Origin: an uncultured Candidatus Saccharibacteria bacterium
Lineage (GTDB): Bacteria; Patescibacteriota; Saccharimonadia; CAILAD01; JADZBC01
DNA length: 64,000 nt
NCBI GenBank assembly: GCA_964413715.1
Contig: CAYPSN010000003.1
Span: 1,750-65,749 of the forward strand
Direction of reading: 5' to 3'
Below, in pieces: positions 11,933 through 20,393 of the stretch (position 1 is its first letter; every line of letters starts with the position of its first letter). The position numbers were made by a program, and so were the translations under genes. Below the pieces are notes generated by a model. It did not search any database and was not told the DNA's origin. It worked only from the letters and a program-made list of their open reading frames with translations.

Positions 11933-12372
11933 GTAAAGACCGAGAAGAGAAAAAACACGGTTCTGGTGGGGCATTTGCGATTGGCGCTGCGGTAGGGGCA
12001 ATTGCTGGAGCGGTGGCAGGCGTGTTTTTAGCACCAAAGAGCGGTAAAGAAAACCGAGAAGCCGTCGTACAGAAGGCCAAACAAATGAGTCATCAGCTCG
12101 AGGGCCAAATGAAAGAGCTTAAAAAGAACGGCTCAAAAGAAGCTCAAGAACTGCTCAAGAAGGCCGAGAAGCTGCAGGCTCAGTTGGCCAGCAAGACACG
12201 TGAGCTGGCAGATAGCGGCCAAGACCTTTCAGAAGCTGCACTTAAAGAAGCTAAAGACTTGATCCATGATGCCCAAAAGCTTATCAAGGAACTCGGTGAA
12301 TCTGCCGAGGTTGTTGGCGCAACCATTAAGCAAGAAGCCAAGAAAATCACTAAGACTCACAGTAAAAAATAG
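11929..12372 (+). CDS. YtxH-like/general-stress-type protein (hypothetical)
   Basis: 147 aa. An N-terminal glycine-zipper TM segment (GAFAIGAAVGAIAGAVAGVF) is followed by a K/E/A-rich helical region. Confidence 0.4.
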   Translation: MSKDREEKKHGSGGAFAIGAAVGAIAGAVAGVFLAPKSGKENREAVVQKAKQMSHQLEGQMKELKKNGSKEAQELLKKAEKLQAQLASKTRELADSGQDLSEAALKEAKDLIHDAQKLIKELGESAEVVGATIKQEAKKITKTHSKK

Positions 12373-12656
12373 TGGCTAAGTCAGAGAAAAATAGACAGCT
12401 TGACGCAGCTACGGCTGTAGCAGGCAAGGTGAGCCTAAACGAGTTTGTTGAATTGCTTAATAGCCCAAAGCGCTTAGCCTGGCTTAACTTTTATACTGGC
12501 TTTATACGTGGCGTGGCGAGCGTTATAGGTGTAGCGATTGCGATCGTATTGCTTGGACTTGCCGTAACGTATTTAGGTGGCATACCGCTGATCGGTGAGT
12601 TTATACAAAAGGTTGGCCAAGCGGCTAGCCAAGGTGTGCCTCCATCTGGAGTATAG
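12372..12656 (+). CDS. Small membrane protein (hypothetical)
   Basis: 94 aa with one TM segment; overlaps the previous stop. Confidence 0.4.
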   Translation: MAKSEKNRQLDAATAVAGKVSLNEFVELLNSPKRLAWLNFYTGFIRGVASVIGVAIAIVLLGLAVTYLGGIPLIGEFIQKVGQAASQGVPPSGV

Positions 12657-12693
12657 CTTTCCGACATTAATATTCTTTGGATCCAATAACGAT

Positions 12694-12719
12694 AAAACCG
12701 CACCTTGTAGTGCGGTTTT
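12694..12719 (+). terminator. Rho-independent terminator after the small-protein cluster
   Basis: aaaaccgcac-cttgtag-gtgcggtttt hairpin followed by a T-run. Confidence 0.5.
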
Positions 12720-12750
12720 GTTGTTCAGTAGTTGTGTATAATTGCGTTTT

Positions 12751-12782
12751 CTCCACTTAGGCCCCGAAGAGCCTAAGTGGAG
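12751..12782 (-). terminator. Hairpin terminator of the 12800-13297 cassette gene
   Basis: ctccacttaggc-cccgaaga-gcctaagtggag is a perfect 12-bp stem immediately 3' of the minus-strand stop. Confidence 0.45.
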
Positions 12783-12799
12783 AGGGTGCCTGGGTGTGA

Positions 12800-13297
12800 T
12801 CAGGCGACCGGCTGGTCTTCCAGCTCCCAGGAGGTTCGGGTGGTGAACTCCGACAGCCGCGGCGCCTTGAGCTCCTTGGCCTTGTGGTCCAGCCACAGCA
12901 CGATGGCTTGCTGCTGCTTGAGCTGGTCGGGAGAGACGTTCGCTTGCATGGTGGTCTCCCAGCCGATCTGCGAGTTCGCTCGGTCGATGAGCTTGGCGAC
13001 GAAGTCGTCGCCCATCAGCTTGCCGATGGCGGTACGCATGCGATCGTCGCCGATGACGTGCATGAACTGGCCACCAGGACTGGTACGCAGCAGCGTCTTG
13101 AGCGGAACGGACAGCTGGATGATGCTGCCGTCAGCCTTGGCTGCGATGGTGATGCTCTCGACCGTCGTCTCGATCGCGACGTCGTTGTCGGGGTCGCCCT
13201 GGTTTCGGAACTGCACCACCAGCAGATCGCCGTGGCTGTAGCCCTTGCCCGAAGCGATCTTGCCTGGCATGGGGATTCTCTGGAGTGTTGCTTGCAT
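12800..13297 (-). CDS. Hypothetical 165-aa protein (high-GC cassette)
   Basis: ATG follows GAGAGGAAG with a 3-nt spacer. GC-rich codons. The ORF-track extension to 13381 runs into low-GC backbone and is spurious. No family recognised. There is only a weak local resemblance to Hsp20 strand motifs (GDPDNDVAIE, DGSIIQLSVPLK). Confidence 0.45.
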   Translation of the reverse strand: MQATLQRIPMPGKIASGKGYSHGDLLVVQFRNQGDPDNDVAIETTVESITIAAKADGSIIQLSVPLKTLLRTSPGGQFMHVIGDDRMRTAIGKLMGDDFVAKLIDRANSQIGWETTMQANVSPDQLKQQQAIVLWLDHKAKELKAPRLSEFTTRTSWELEDQPVA

Positions 13298-13471
13298 TGA
13301 CTTCCTCTCGTGTCGATTGCAACAGTAATTCATTTTGCCGAAGAATGCTGATTTTTGCAAGTAAACCATACGATGATACAAAAAATCTTACTTTTCAAGA
13401 CTTATGTTGCTTAAGGTTTGGGCATATAATGTATGTAATATGCAAAAGTGGGGTGAGGAGGGGTAACCTGC

Positions 13472-16400
13472 GTGTCGTCTAGTACGGAAACAAAAACCGA
13501 TACACAAAAGCCAGCTGCCAGTTCAGCCGTGGTTGATTTTGTGCATTTACATAATCACACACACTATAGCTTGCTCGATGGCTTGCAGAAGATACCGCAG
13601 CTGCTTGATCAAGTAGAGGCTCTTGGGCAAAAGGCTGTAGCCATTACTGACCATGGTACACTCTCGGGCGCAATTGAGTTTTATAAGGAGTGTAAGAAGC
13701 GCGACATTAAACCCATTATCGGCATGGAGGCGTATGTTGCGCCGAGAAAGCATACCGACAAAAGCTCCAAAGAAGATCGTACGCCGTATCACTTGACCTT
13801 GCTCGCTAAGAACGAACAAGGCTACAAGAACCTCTTGAAGCTTTCGACCATTGCTTGGCTCGATGGTTTTTATTACAAGCCACGTATTGATCGTGATTTA
13901 TTAATGAAATACCACGAAGGCTTGGTGTGCCTGTCGGGCTGCATCGGTGGCGAACTGGGCACTCATATTCTTAATGGCGACCCGGATGATGCCATGGAGG
14001 CTGCCGAGTGGTACAAGAATCTATTCGGCGCAGAAAACTATTTTCTGGAAGTTCAGCCACACATTGGCTGGAAGCCGCAAGACCGCGTGAATGCAGGCTT
14101 GCAGGTTATTGCTAAGACCCTTGGCTTGGGCTTGGTGGCAACTGGCGATGCTCATTACACCAAAGACACTGACCACTATGCCCATGATATTTTGCTCTGC
14201 GTGCAGACTGGCAGCTTACTGGAAGATCCGAACCGCATGAAGCTTGACCAAGATCTGTCGGTGCGTAGCGGGGAATTTTTTGCTGAGAAATTTCCCAATC
14301 TACCAGAAGCCATTACAAATACAGTGAAGATTGCCGATATGTGCGATTTGTACATCGAACTTGGCCAGATTCTGATTCCAAAATTCGACGTGCCCGAAGG
14401 TGAGACAGAAAAGAGTTACTTACGAAGATTGGTATTTACGGGCGCAGCTTGGCGGTACCTGAAAGTACCCAAGGAAGATTTGGCAACTATGAAAGAGAGC
14501 GACATAAAGCCAAAACTTGAGGCCAAAGTGGTCGAGCGGATTGAATACGAGCTAGAGGTGATCGGCAAAATGGGTTACGAAGGTTACTTCTTGATCGTGG
14601 CGGACTTGATTAACTGGAGTAAGAATCAGGGGATAATCTGCGGGCCTGGTCGTGGTAGCGCCGCAGGCTCGATTGTGGCATACCTTACTAACATTACCGA
14701 CCTCGATCCACTGGAGTATGACCTGCTGTTCGAACGATTCCTAAACCCAGACCGTATATCCATGCCTGATATTGATATGGACTACGCCGACGATAGACGT
14801 GAAGAAGTGATTGCTTATGCGACCGAGAAGTATGGACAGGAGCGAGTTGCTCAAATCATTACCTTCGGTGTTATGGCGGCACGTAACGCCGTGCGCGATA
14901 CGGGCAGAGTACTAGGTATGCCGTACGCTGAAGTCGACGCCATTGCAAAACTAATTCCTGCTCCAGTGCAAGGCCGACACATTCCGCTAGCCAAGTCGAT
15001 TGTGGAAGATCAAGATTTATCACGAGAGTATAATTCAAACCCGCGTGCTAAAAACGTGATTGATGTGGCTATGCAGCTGGAAGGTACAATTCGCAATGCA
15101 GGTACGCACGCGGCTGGTGTAGTGATTGCCCCCGAGGCATTAGTCGAGCGCGTGCCACTTACGCGGGCGTCGAAAGGCGGCATTGCCACACAATACACCA
15201 TGGGGCCGGTAGAAGAATTAGGGCTTCTCAAATTCGACTTTTTGGGTCTGTCGAACTTAACGATTATCAAAAACACCCTGCGTATTATTCGAAAAGTTTA
15301 TGGTGTGGAGTTGGATCCGGCTCACATTCCGCTGGATGATGAAAAGACTTATGAGCTGCTGGCGCATGGCGACACAACTGGCGTGTTTCAGTTGGAGTCT
15401 TCTGGTATGAAACGATACTTAAAAGAACTCAAACCAGATCGATTTGATGACATTATCGCCATGTGTGCGTTGTATCGACCGGGTCCACTCTCGGCCGGGC
15501 TGACCGATAGTTTTGTGCGACGCAAAAACGGACTTGAAGAAGTCACCTACGACCATCCCTCGATGGAGCCATCGCTGAAGACCACCTATGGCGTTTTGGT
15601 TTACCAAGAGCAGGTTATGCAATTCTCTAAAGACGTCTGCGGCTTTACTGGTGGTGAGGCCGATACTCTGCGTAAGGCGATTGGTAAAAAGCAAGTTGAG
15701 ACTATGGCCAAAATGAAAAAAGCCTTCATAGAAGGCGGCGTGACCCATTCTAAAGTACCACGTGATATTATGGAGCGATTTTGGGATCACTTACTGGGCT
15801 TTGCCGACTACTGTTTTAATAAATCGCACTCCGCTTGCTACGCCTTAATCGTGGTTCAAACTGCTTATCTTAAGGCTCACTACCCGGCAGCATTCATGGC
15901 AGCGCTGATGACCAGCGATTACGGCAATCTCGACCGCATTGCCATAGAGGTAACAGAGTGCCGCAAGATGGGCCTAGAATTATTGCCCCCAGATGTGAAC
16001 GAGAGCTACTATGAGTTTGCAGTTGTGCCAGAAACCAACAATATTCGTTTTGGCCTGGCGGCGGTTAAGAACGTTGGCTCGGGGCCGATCGCAGCGATCG
16101 TTGCAGCGCGTGACGAAGGTGGCTCGTTCAAATCTGTCGAGGATTTTGCCAAGCGCGTAGATGCTGCCCACGTAAACCGTAAAACCATGGAAAGCTTAAT
16201 TAGGGCCGGGGCATTCGACAGCATGGGTGAACGTGATACGTTGCTGGAAAACGTGGACAAAATTACTTCCTATGCCACTCGGGCGCAAAAGAATGCGCTA
16301 TCTGGTCAGATTGATATTTTTGGCGCTATTGGCATGCAAGACGAAATGCCTCCACTCCAGTTCGACATTCCTAATTCTAAGCCTGATTTACGGCAACACT

Positions 16401-17101
16401 TGATGTGGGAGAAGGAGTTGCTTGGATTGTACATATCCTCGCACCCACTCGATGAGTATGATAACTATTTGTACGACCAGACGATGCCACTCAGTAAGCT
16501 CAATTCAAGCCTCGAGAATCGCTCGGTCCACATTGGCGGAATCATTACTACCTTCCGTAAAATTACCACTAAGGCCGGCTCGAGCATGGCATTCGTGGGT
16601 ATAGAAAGTAAAGACGGCGAAGTCGAACTCATTGTCTTTCCGCGGCCGTTTGAAAATTACCAGGCGATTTTGGCCGTTGATAATGTGGTCGAAGTTGAGG
16701 GTAAGGTTAGTACAAAAGATCGCGACGGTAAGTTGGGTGGCGAATTAAAAATCCTAGTTGATAAGGTAAAGCTGATCGATATAGAAAAAGCGCGCAAGTG
16801 GCTTCCCAAAAAGCGCGAAGAAGCGGTCGAAGACGAAGCGCCAGCGGTAGCGCATCAGGAGCTCTTTGTGCACCTTGATAGCCTCAAGGACAGCTCGCAG
16901 CTCTTGGCAGTTAAGAAAATCTTAGAACGCCAAAAAGGACCATGTGCGAGTTATTTGGTCTTGGGCGGGCCAGAGCGTAAGTTGATTAAATTACCATATA
17001 AGGTGGCGATTAATGACATTGTTACGAGCGAACTGAATGAGCTGCTCGGCGCTGATCATGTAGTGGTAAAAGAAGCTAGCACGCAGCATGCCACGGCATA
17101 A
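13472..17101 (+). CDS. dnaE: DNA polymerase III alpha subunit
   Basis: PHP domain start (HLHNHTHYSLLDG), Pol IIIa core, OB fold; 1209 aa. Confidence 0.9.
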   Translation: MSSSTETKTDTQKPAASSAVVDFVHLHNHTHYSLLDGLQKIPQLLDQVEALGQKAVAITDHGTLSGAIEFYKECKKRDIKPIIGMEAYVAPRKHTDKSSKEDRTPYHLTLLAKNEQGYKNLLKLSTIAWLDGFYYKPRIDRDLLMKYHEGLVCLSGCIGGELGTHILNGDPDDAMEAAEWYKNLFGAENYFLEVQPHIGWKPQDRVNAGLQVIAKTLGLGLVATGDAHYTKDTDHYAHDILLCVQTGSLLEDPNRMKLDQDLSVRSGEFFAEKFPNLPEAITNTVKIADMCDLYIELGQILIPKFDVPEGETEKSYLRRLVFTGAAWRYLKVPKEDLATMKESDIKPKLEAKVVERIEYELEVIGKMGYEGYFLIVADLINWSKNQGIICGPGRGSAAGSIVAYLTNITDLDPLEYDLLFERFLNPDRISMPDIDMDYADDRREEVIAYATEKYGQERVAQIITFGVMAARNAVRDTGRVLGMPYAEVDAIAKLIPAPVQGRHIPLAKSIVEDQDLSREYNSNPRAKNVIDVAMQLEGTIRNAGTHAAGVVIAPEALVERVPLTRASKGGIATQYTMGPVEELGLLKFDFLGLSNLTIIKNTLRIIRKVYGVELDPAHIPLDDEKTYELLAHGDTTGVFQLESSGMKRYLKELKPDRFDDIIAMCALYRPGPLSAGLTDSFVRRKNGLEEVTYDHPSMEPSLKTTYGVLVYQEQVMQFSKDVCGFTGGEADTLRKAIGKKQVETMAKMKKAFIEGGVTHSKVPRDIMERFWDHLLGFADYCFNKSHSACYALIVVQTAYLKAHYPAAFMAALMTSDYGNLDRIAIEVTECRKMGLELLPPDVNESYYEFAVVPETNNIRFGLAAVKNVGSGPIAAIVAARDEGGSFKSVEDFAKRVDAAHVNRKTMESLIRAGAFDSMGERDTLLENVDKITSYATRAQKNALSGQIDIFGAIGMQDEMPPLQFDIPNSKPDLRQHLMWEKELLGLYISSHPLDEYDNYLYDQTMPLSKLNSSLENRSVHIGGIITTFRKITTKAGSSMAFVGIESKDGEVELIVFPRPFENYQAILAVDNVVEVEGKVSTKDRDGKLGGELKILVDKVKLIDIEKARKWLPKKREEAVEDEAPAVAHQELFVHLDSLKDSSQLLAVKKILERQKGPCASYLVLGGPERKLIKLPYKVAINDIVTSELNELLGADHVVVKEASTQHATA

Positions 17102-17102
17102 C

Positions 17103-17135
17103 AAAAACTACCACCCCTCAGGATGGTAGTTTTTA
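17103..17135. terminator. Bidirectional hairpin terminator after dnaE
   Basis: aaaaactacca-cccctcagg-tggtagttttt. Confidence 0.5.
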
Positions 17136-17689
17136 AATAATTGCTGTAGGGCGGCGGTGGAAAGAGCGTGAGCTCTCACCACCACCGGGACGGTGCTTGG
17201 ACCCGCGAAAGTCCAGGTCGGCGTGCCGGCCGACGGAAACCCTTGCGGGTCTCCCGAGGGTACCATGCAGGTTATAACCGAAAGCGGTTATAAACTTTTG
17301 ACCGCATGGCGGCGAAGCTTCGCTTGGTGGGCGCAGCCTGCCCTGCAAATTACCTGGTGCTTTACAGCACAAGGGGTCGAGTTCCGCATCATCTTCATCC
17401 GAACCGCTAAGCTCAGATTAGGAATCTACTTTCCCCAGAGCGACTTGCAGCCGTCGCTCCAGCACAACCTATAGGCTAACCGCTTTTACACCTGCGGCTA
17501 ATTGTGCTGACTTTTTGTCTGGTGCCCGGGCATCCTCGGGGCTACTACAAGTTGCGCTTCGGGCCAAACCGTGCGCTCACTCCTGCGTAGTAGGCGTAAT
17601 TTTTCGGGATAAGGTTTTCCTGCGGCTGCCGGCCGCTGGTTACCTCTGCTGTTGGCAGAAACTTCAGCGGTGCGGCCGCACCTCCCTAG
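17136..17689. other. GC-elevated noncoding block with many perfect hairpins; unassigned structured-RNA candidate
   Basis: No ORF with an RBS is present. Hairpins include ttataaccg-aaag-cggttataa, the self-complementary GGTGCGGCCGCACC, and gagcgac-ttgcagcc-gtcgctc. A CGAAAGTCCAGG stretch weakly resembles the RNase P CR-I (GGAAAGTCCGGG). Confidence 0.25.
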
Positions 17690-17800
17690 ACAAGCTTTTG
17701 AGTGGGGAGTCGCCTCCCCAGGTGCCTCCATCGGCCCGGTGCCCCGGTCCTTTAGCTGCTTCCTTCGCGCTCATTCGCACTGTCAGGACAACATAATATC
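17690..17800 (-). ncRNA. ffs: Candidate SRP RNA (4.5S/ffs-like); extent uncertain
   Basis: The minus strand contains GAAGGAAGCAGC, which matches the remembered E. coli 4.5S helix-8 core exactly over 12 nt (+ strand gctgcttccttc at ~17765-17776). It is flanked by complementary GTCCT ... AGGAC arms. The region is GC-elevated and ORF-free, between dnaE and rplS. Confidence 0.35.
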
Positions 17801-17878
17801 ATACTAAATATAAAATGTCAATACTTTTTTGGCATATCTATTGCCTAGGTGGGGCAAATATGTTAGACTCATAAAGTT

Positions 17879-18502
17879 ATGAACGCAATAGAACTCGTCG
17901 AAAAGAAGAATTATAAAACCAAAGTGGTAGACGTACGCCCTGGTGACACTGTTCGTGTGCACCAGATGATCCGCGAAGGCAATAAGCAGCGTGTGCAGGT
18001 GTTCGAAGGTGTCGTTATTCGCCGCAAGAGCATGAATGGCTTACAGGCAAGCATTACTGTACGCAAGATTGCCTCGGGCGTAGGTGTAGAAAAAACTTGG
18101 TTCCTACACTCACCAAATGTTGTGAAGATCGAGGTAATGCGTCGCGCTAAAGTGCGTCGAGCATTCTTGGGCTACATGCGTGGTTTGCGCGGTAAGGCTG
18201 CCCGTATGGCTGAGCAAGAGTTTGACCGAGCGGCTGCCAATGAAGCCGATGCTCGCACAGCTGGTCAGATAGCTGCCGAAGCCGAGGCCGAAGCTGCTGC
18301 TACCGAAGCCCCAGCCGAAAACGCTGGCGAAGATGTAATGCAGCAAGCTGATACAGTTTCCGCCGAAGAAGTTGCTAAGCAAGAAGAAAAAGAAGCTAAG
18401 CAAGCTGATCCGGAAAAAGACGCTACTGCCAAAGACGACGAAGCCGTCGCTGAAAAGGTAGAGGCCGAAGCTGGCGAAGCCAAAGCCGAGCCAAAAGCTT
18501 AA
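17879..18502 (+). CDS. rplS: 50S ribosomal protein L19 with a ~90-aa Ala/Glu/Lys-rich C-terminal extension
   Basis: The N-terminal ~115 aa is a typical L19 (MNAIELVEKK...VVKIEVMRRAKVRRA). A low-complexity tail (AEAEAEAAATEAP...EAKAEPKA) follows. Confidence 0.85.
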   Translation: MNAIELVEKKNYKTKVVDVRPGDTVRVHQMIREGNKQRVQVFEGVVIRRKSMNGLQASITVRKIASGVGVEKTWFLHSPNVVKIEVMRRAKVRRAFLGYMRGLRGKAARMAEQEFDRAAANEADARTAGQIAAEAEAEAAATEAPAENAGEDVMQQADTVSAEEVAKQEEKEAKQADPEKDATAKDDEAVAEKVEAEAGEAKAEPKA

Positions 18503-18516
18503 ACGAGAAGCTCTGC

Positions 18517-18551
18517 AAAAAAACCGCCCAATATTGATTAGGGCGGTTTTT
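18517..18551. terminator. Bidirectional hairpin terminator after rplS
   Basis: aaaaaaccgccc-aatattgatta-gggcggttttt. Confidence 0.5.
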
Positions 18552-18554
18552 GAT

Positions 18555-19260
18555 TAGTAATTGCGGGAGAAATAGTACCGAAAATGAAGAACGCCTCCCT
18601 GTGAGGGGAGGCGACCAGAGCCAGGAAGCCTGGATGGATTTCGAAGTTAGGCGGGCATTGCCCGCCGGTGGAGAGACGTTGACTGAGGTCAGCTAGGCTG
18701 AAGTCCTCGTATGGGTTTATTGGGGCGGTATTTCCGCGCGCCACCCATACCTTCTCTGTCTCAAGAAGGGGGAGGAAAGAGCCGACTATTCGGTTAGTCG
18801 TCCTGAATGCTCTTGCTGGCAACACCACGAGGGAGTCCTCCATAAACTACCAGCTTTGTTTGCTCACCGGTACTCCGGTCCAAACACTCCCATTTCTTCG
18901 ACGGCAAGGGTGCTGATTCCGTGATCCGATTGTAGCCCTAGGAGCCACGTAGAGTTCTCCTCTATCAGATCGATAGTCCGCAGGCACTCCGGCCCGGCTA
19001 TCCATTTGCAACAGGCCCGCTGCTGCTCGGGTCCACCGCTGGGGTGAACGATCCACCCGCTGTTCCTTGCGGGGTCATCCAGTATGCTCCTGTCGGAACT
19101 CCCCACTTGCGTGGCAGGAGCATCTCCCTCACCTAGAGGAAAGTCAGGTCTGAAGTCAGGTGCTTCATTCCCTAGCCAAGCAAAGGTGTAAGCTCGGCAG
19201 TTTGGTAGCCCGAAGGCGACCGAACATAGGCATAATAGCACAGCATAACAATAATGTCAA
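18555..19260. other. GC-elevated ~700-nt noncoding block; unassigned structured-RNA candidate
   Basis: Only low-complexity ORFs without an RBS (rejected). Many stems are present. TAGAGGAAAGTC near 19125-19140 (+ strand) matches the remembered 5' part of type-B RNase P CR-I over 12 nt, and GGGGGAGGAAAG occurs near 18770. No full RNase P or tmRNA model could be fitted by eye. Confidence 0.25.
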
Positions 19261-19303
19261 TAGCCTTTGACGAATGGCGCAGTGTCTCTGCTATACTTCG
19301 GAT

Positions 19304-19906
19304 ATGAAGTGGGCAACATATGATTATGAACAGTCCATGAGGGCACAGGGACTCTTCAATATAGCTGGTGCGGATGAGGTCGGCCGTGGCTGTTTGGCTG
19401 GTCCGCTGGTGGTGGGCATGGTGGTGCTGCCGGCAGACTGTGAATTACACGTGGCTGACTCCAAACTGCTGTCAGCAAAAAAACGCTTAGTTTTAGCCGA
19501 GCAGATTCGATCAGAGGCCGAATTCTGGTCGCTCGGCAGGGTGGAGCATACTGAGATTGACGAACTAGGCTTGAGTGCAGCAATCACTTTAGCTTACTCA
19601 CGAGCGCTTGAGGGGCTAAAAGTTATCCCAGATAGATTAGTTATTGATGGCCCAAATCGCATACTAGACCGAGATTTTGTAGAACCAATCGTCAAGGCCG
19701 ACCAGAAGATTGCTTCCGTAGCGGCAGCGTCAATCCTTGCCAAAGTTGCTAGGGACGAATGGATGCAGGCACAAGCTACGTTGTATCCTGAGTATGGCTT
19801 TGCCACGAACGTGGGCTATGGGAGCGCTCAACACCTAGCAGCACTCAGACAATATGGCCCGAGTCCGATTCACCGATTAAGCTTCAAGTTAAAGAGCCAT
19901 GGTTAA
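19304..19906 (+). CDS. rnhB: Ribonuclease HII
   Basis: DEVGRGCLAGP catalytic motif. The start is uncertain: the ORF-track ATG at 19274 lies inside a putative TTGACG-19-TATACT promoter, so the ATG at 19304 (possibly leaderless, ~22 aa before DEVGRG) is preferred. 19340 is an alternative. Confidence 0.6.
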   Translation: MKWATYDYEQSMRAQGLFNIAGADEVGRGCLAGPLVVGMVVLPADCELHVADSKLLSAKKRLVLAEQIRSEAEFWSLGRVEHTEIDELGLSAAITLAYSRALEGLKVIPDRLVIDGPNRILDRDFVEPIVKADQKIASVAAASILAKVARDEWMQAQATLYPEYGFATNVGYGSAQHLAALRQYGPSPIHRLSFKLKSHG

Positions 19907-20261
19907 AAACACCACTGCAGTAGGGCATCGAGCCGAAGCATTAGCGGCAGAATATCTGATGCAGAAGGGATACCGGCTGCTTGCGCGAAACGACCGAACT
20001 CGTTTTGCGGAGATCGATTTGATTATGCTGGGCCACGGCGAGATTCTATTCGTAGAAGTTAAGTACCGTAAAAGTGATAGATACGGTGGTGGCAGTGGTG
20101 CTATTACGCCTGATAAGCTACGCCGTTTGCGCAATGCTGCCGAAGCTTGGCTGGCGGAGCATGAGGATTACGCCGACCTTCAGCCCAGGATAGATGTCGT
20201 CACAGTTACTGGTTCGCTATCGGCGCCCCAGGTAGATCGCATTGAAAACATAACGGCTTGA
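19899..20261 (+). CDS. yraN: YraN-family endonuclease (UPF0102)
   Basis: 120 aa with the YraN-like motif RNDRTRFAEIDLIMLGHGEILFVEVKYR; overlaps the rnhB end. Confidence 0.7.
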   Translation: MVKNTTAVGHRAEALAAEYLMQKGYRLLARNDRTRFAEIDLIMLGHGEILFVEVKYRKSDRYGGGSGAITPDKLRRLRNAAEAWLAEHEDYADLQPRIDVVTVTGSLSAPQVDRIENITA

Positions 20262-20393
20262 CTGGAGTAAAGATTTTCGCTAGAATGAGTTTATTCTGAT
20301 AGTTACTACTTCAGTCGGCACCTTGGCCGGCTTTTTTTGACCCCGCACCTGCGGTGGGTAGTGTTAACCCCTATCAAGAGAAAGGAGTCACTT

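Noticed and set aside
12777-13300. + strand ORFs of 154 and 138 aa overlapping the 12800-13297 cassette gene
   Set aside because: They are shadow ORFs in GC-rich DNA with no SD. The minus-strand frame has a good SD and a matching terminator.
18538-19241. 101-, 69- and 125-aa minus-strand ORFs in the rplS-rnhB spacer
   Set aside because: They have no RBS, odd composition and lie in a hairpin-dense GC-elevated block. They are more consistent with structured RNA than with coding sequence.
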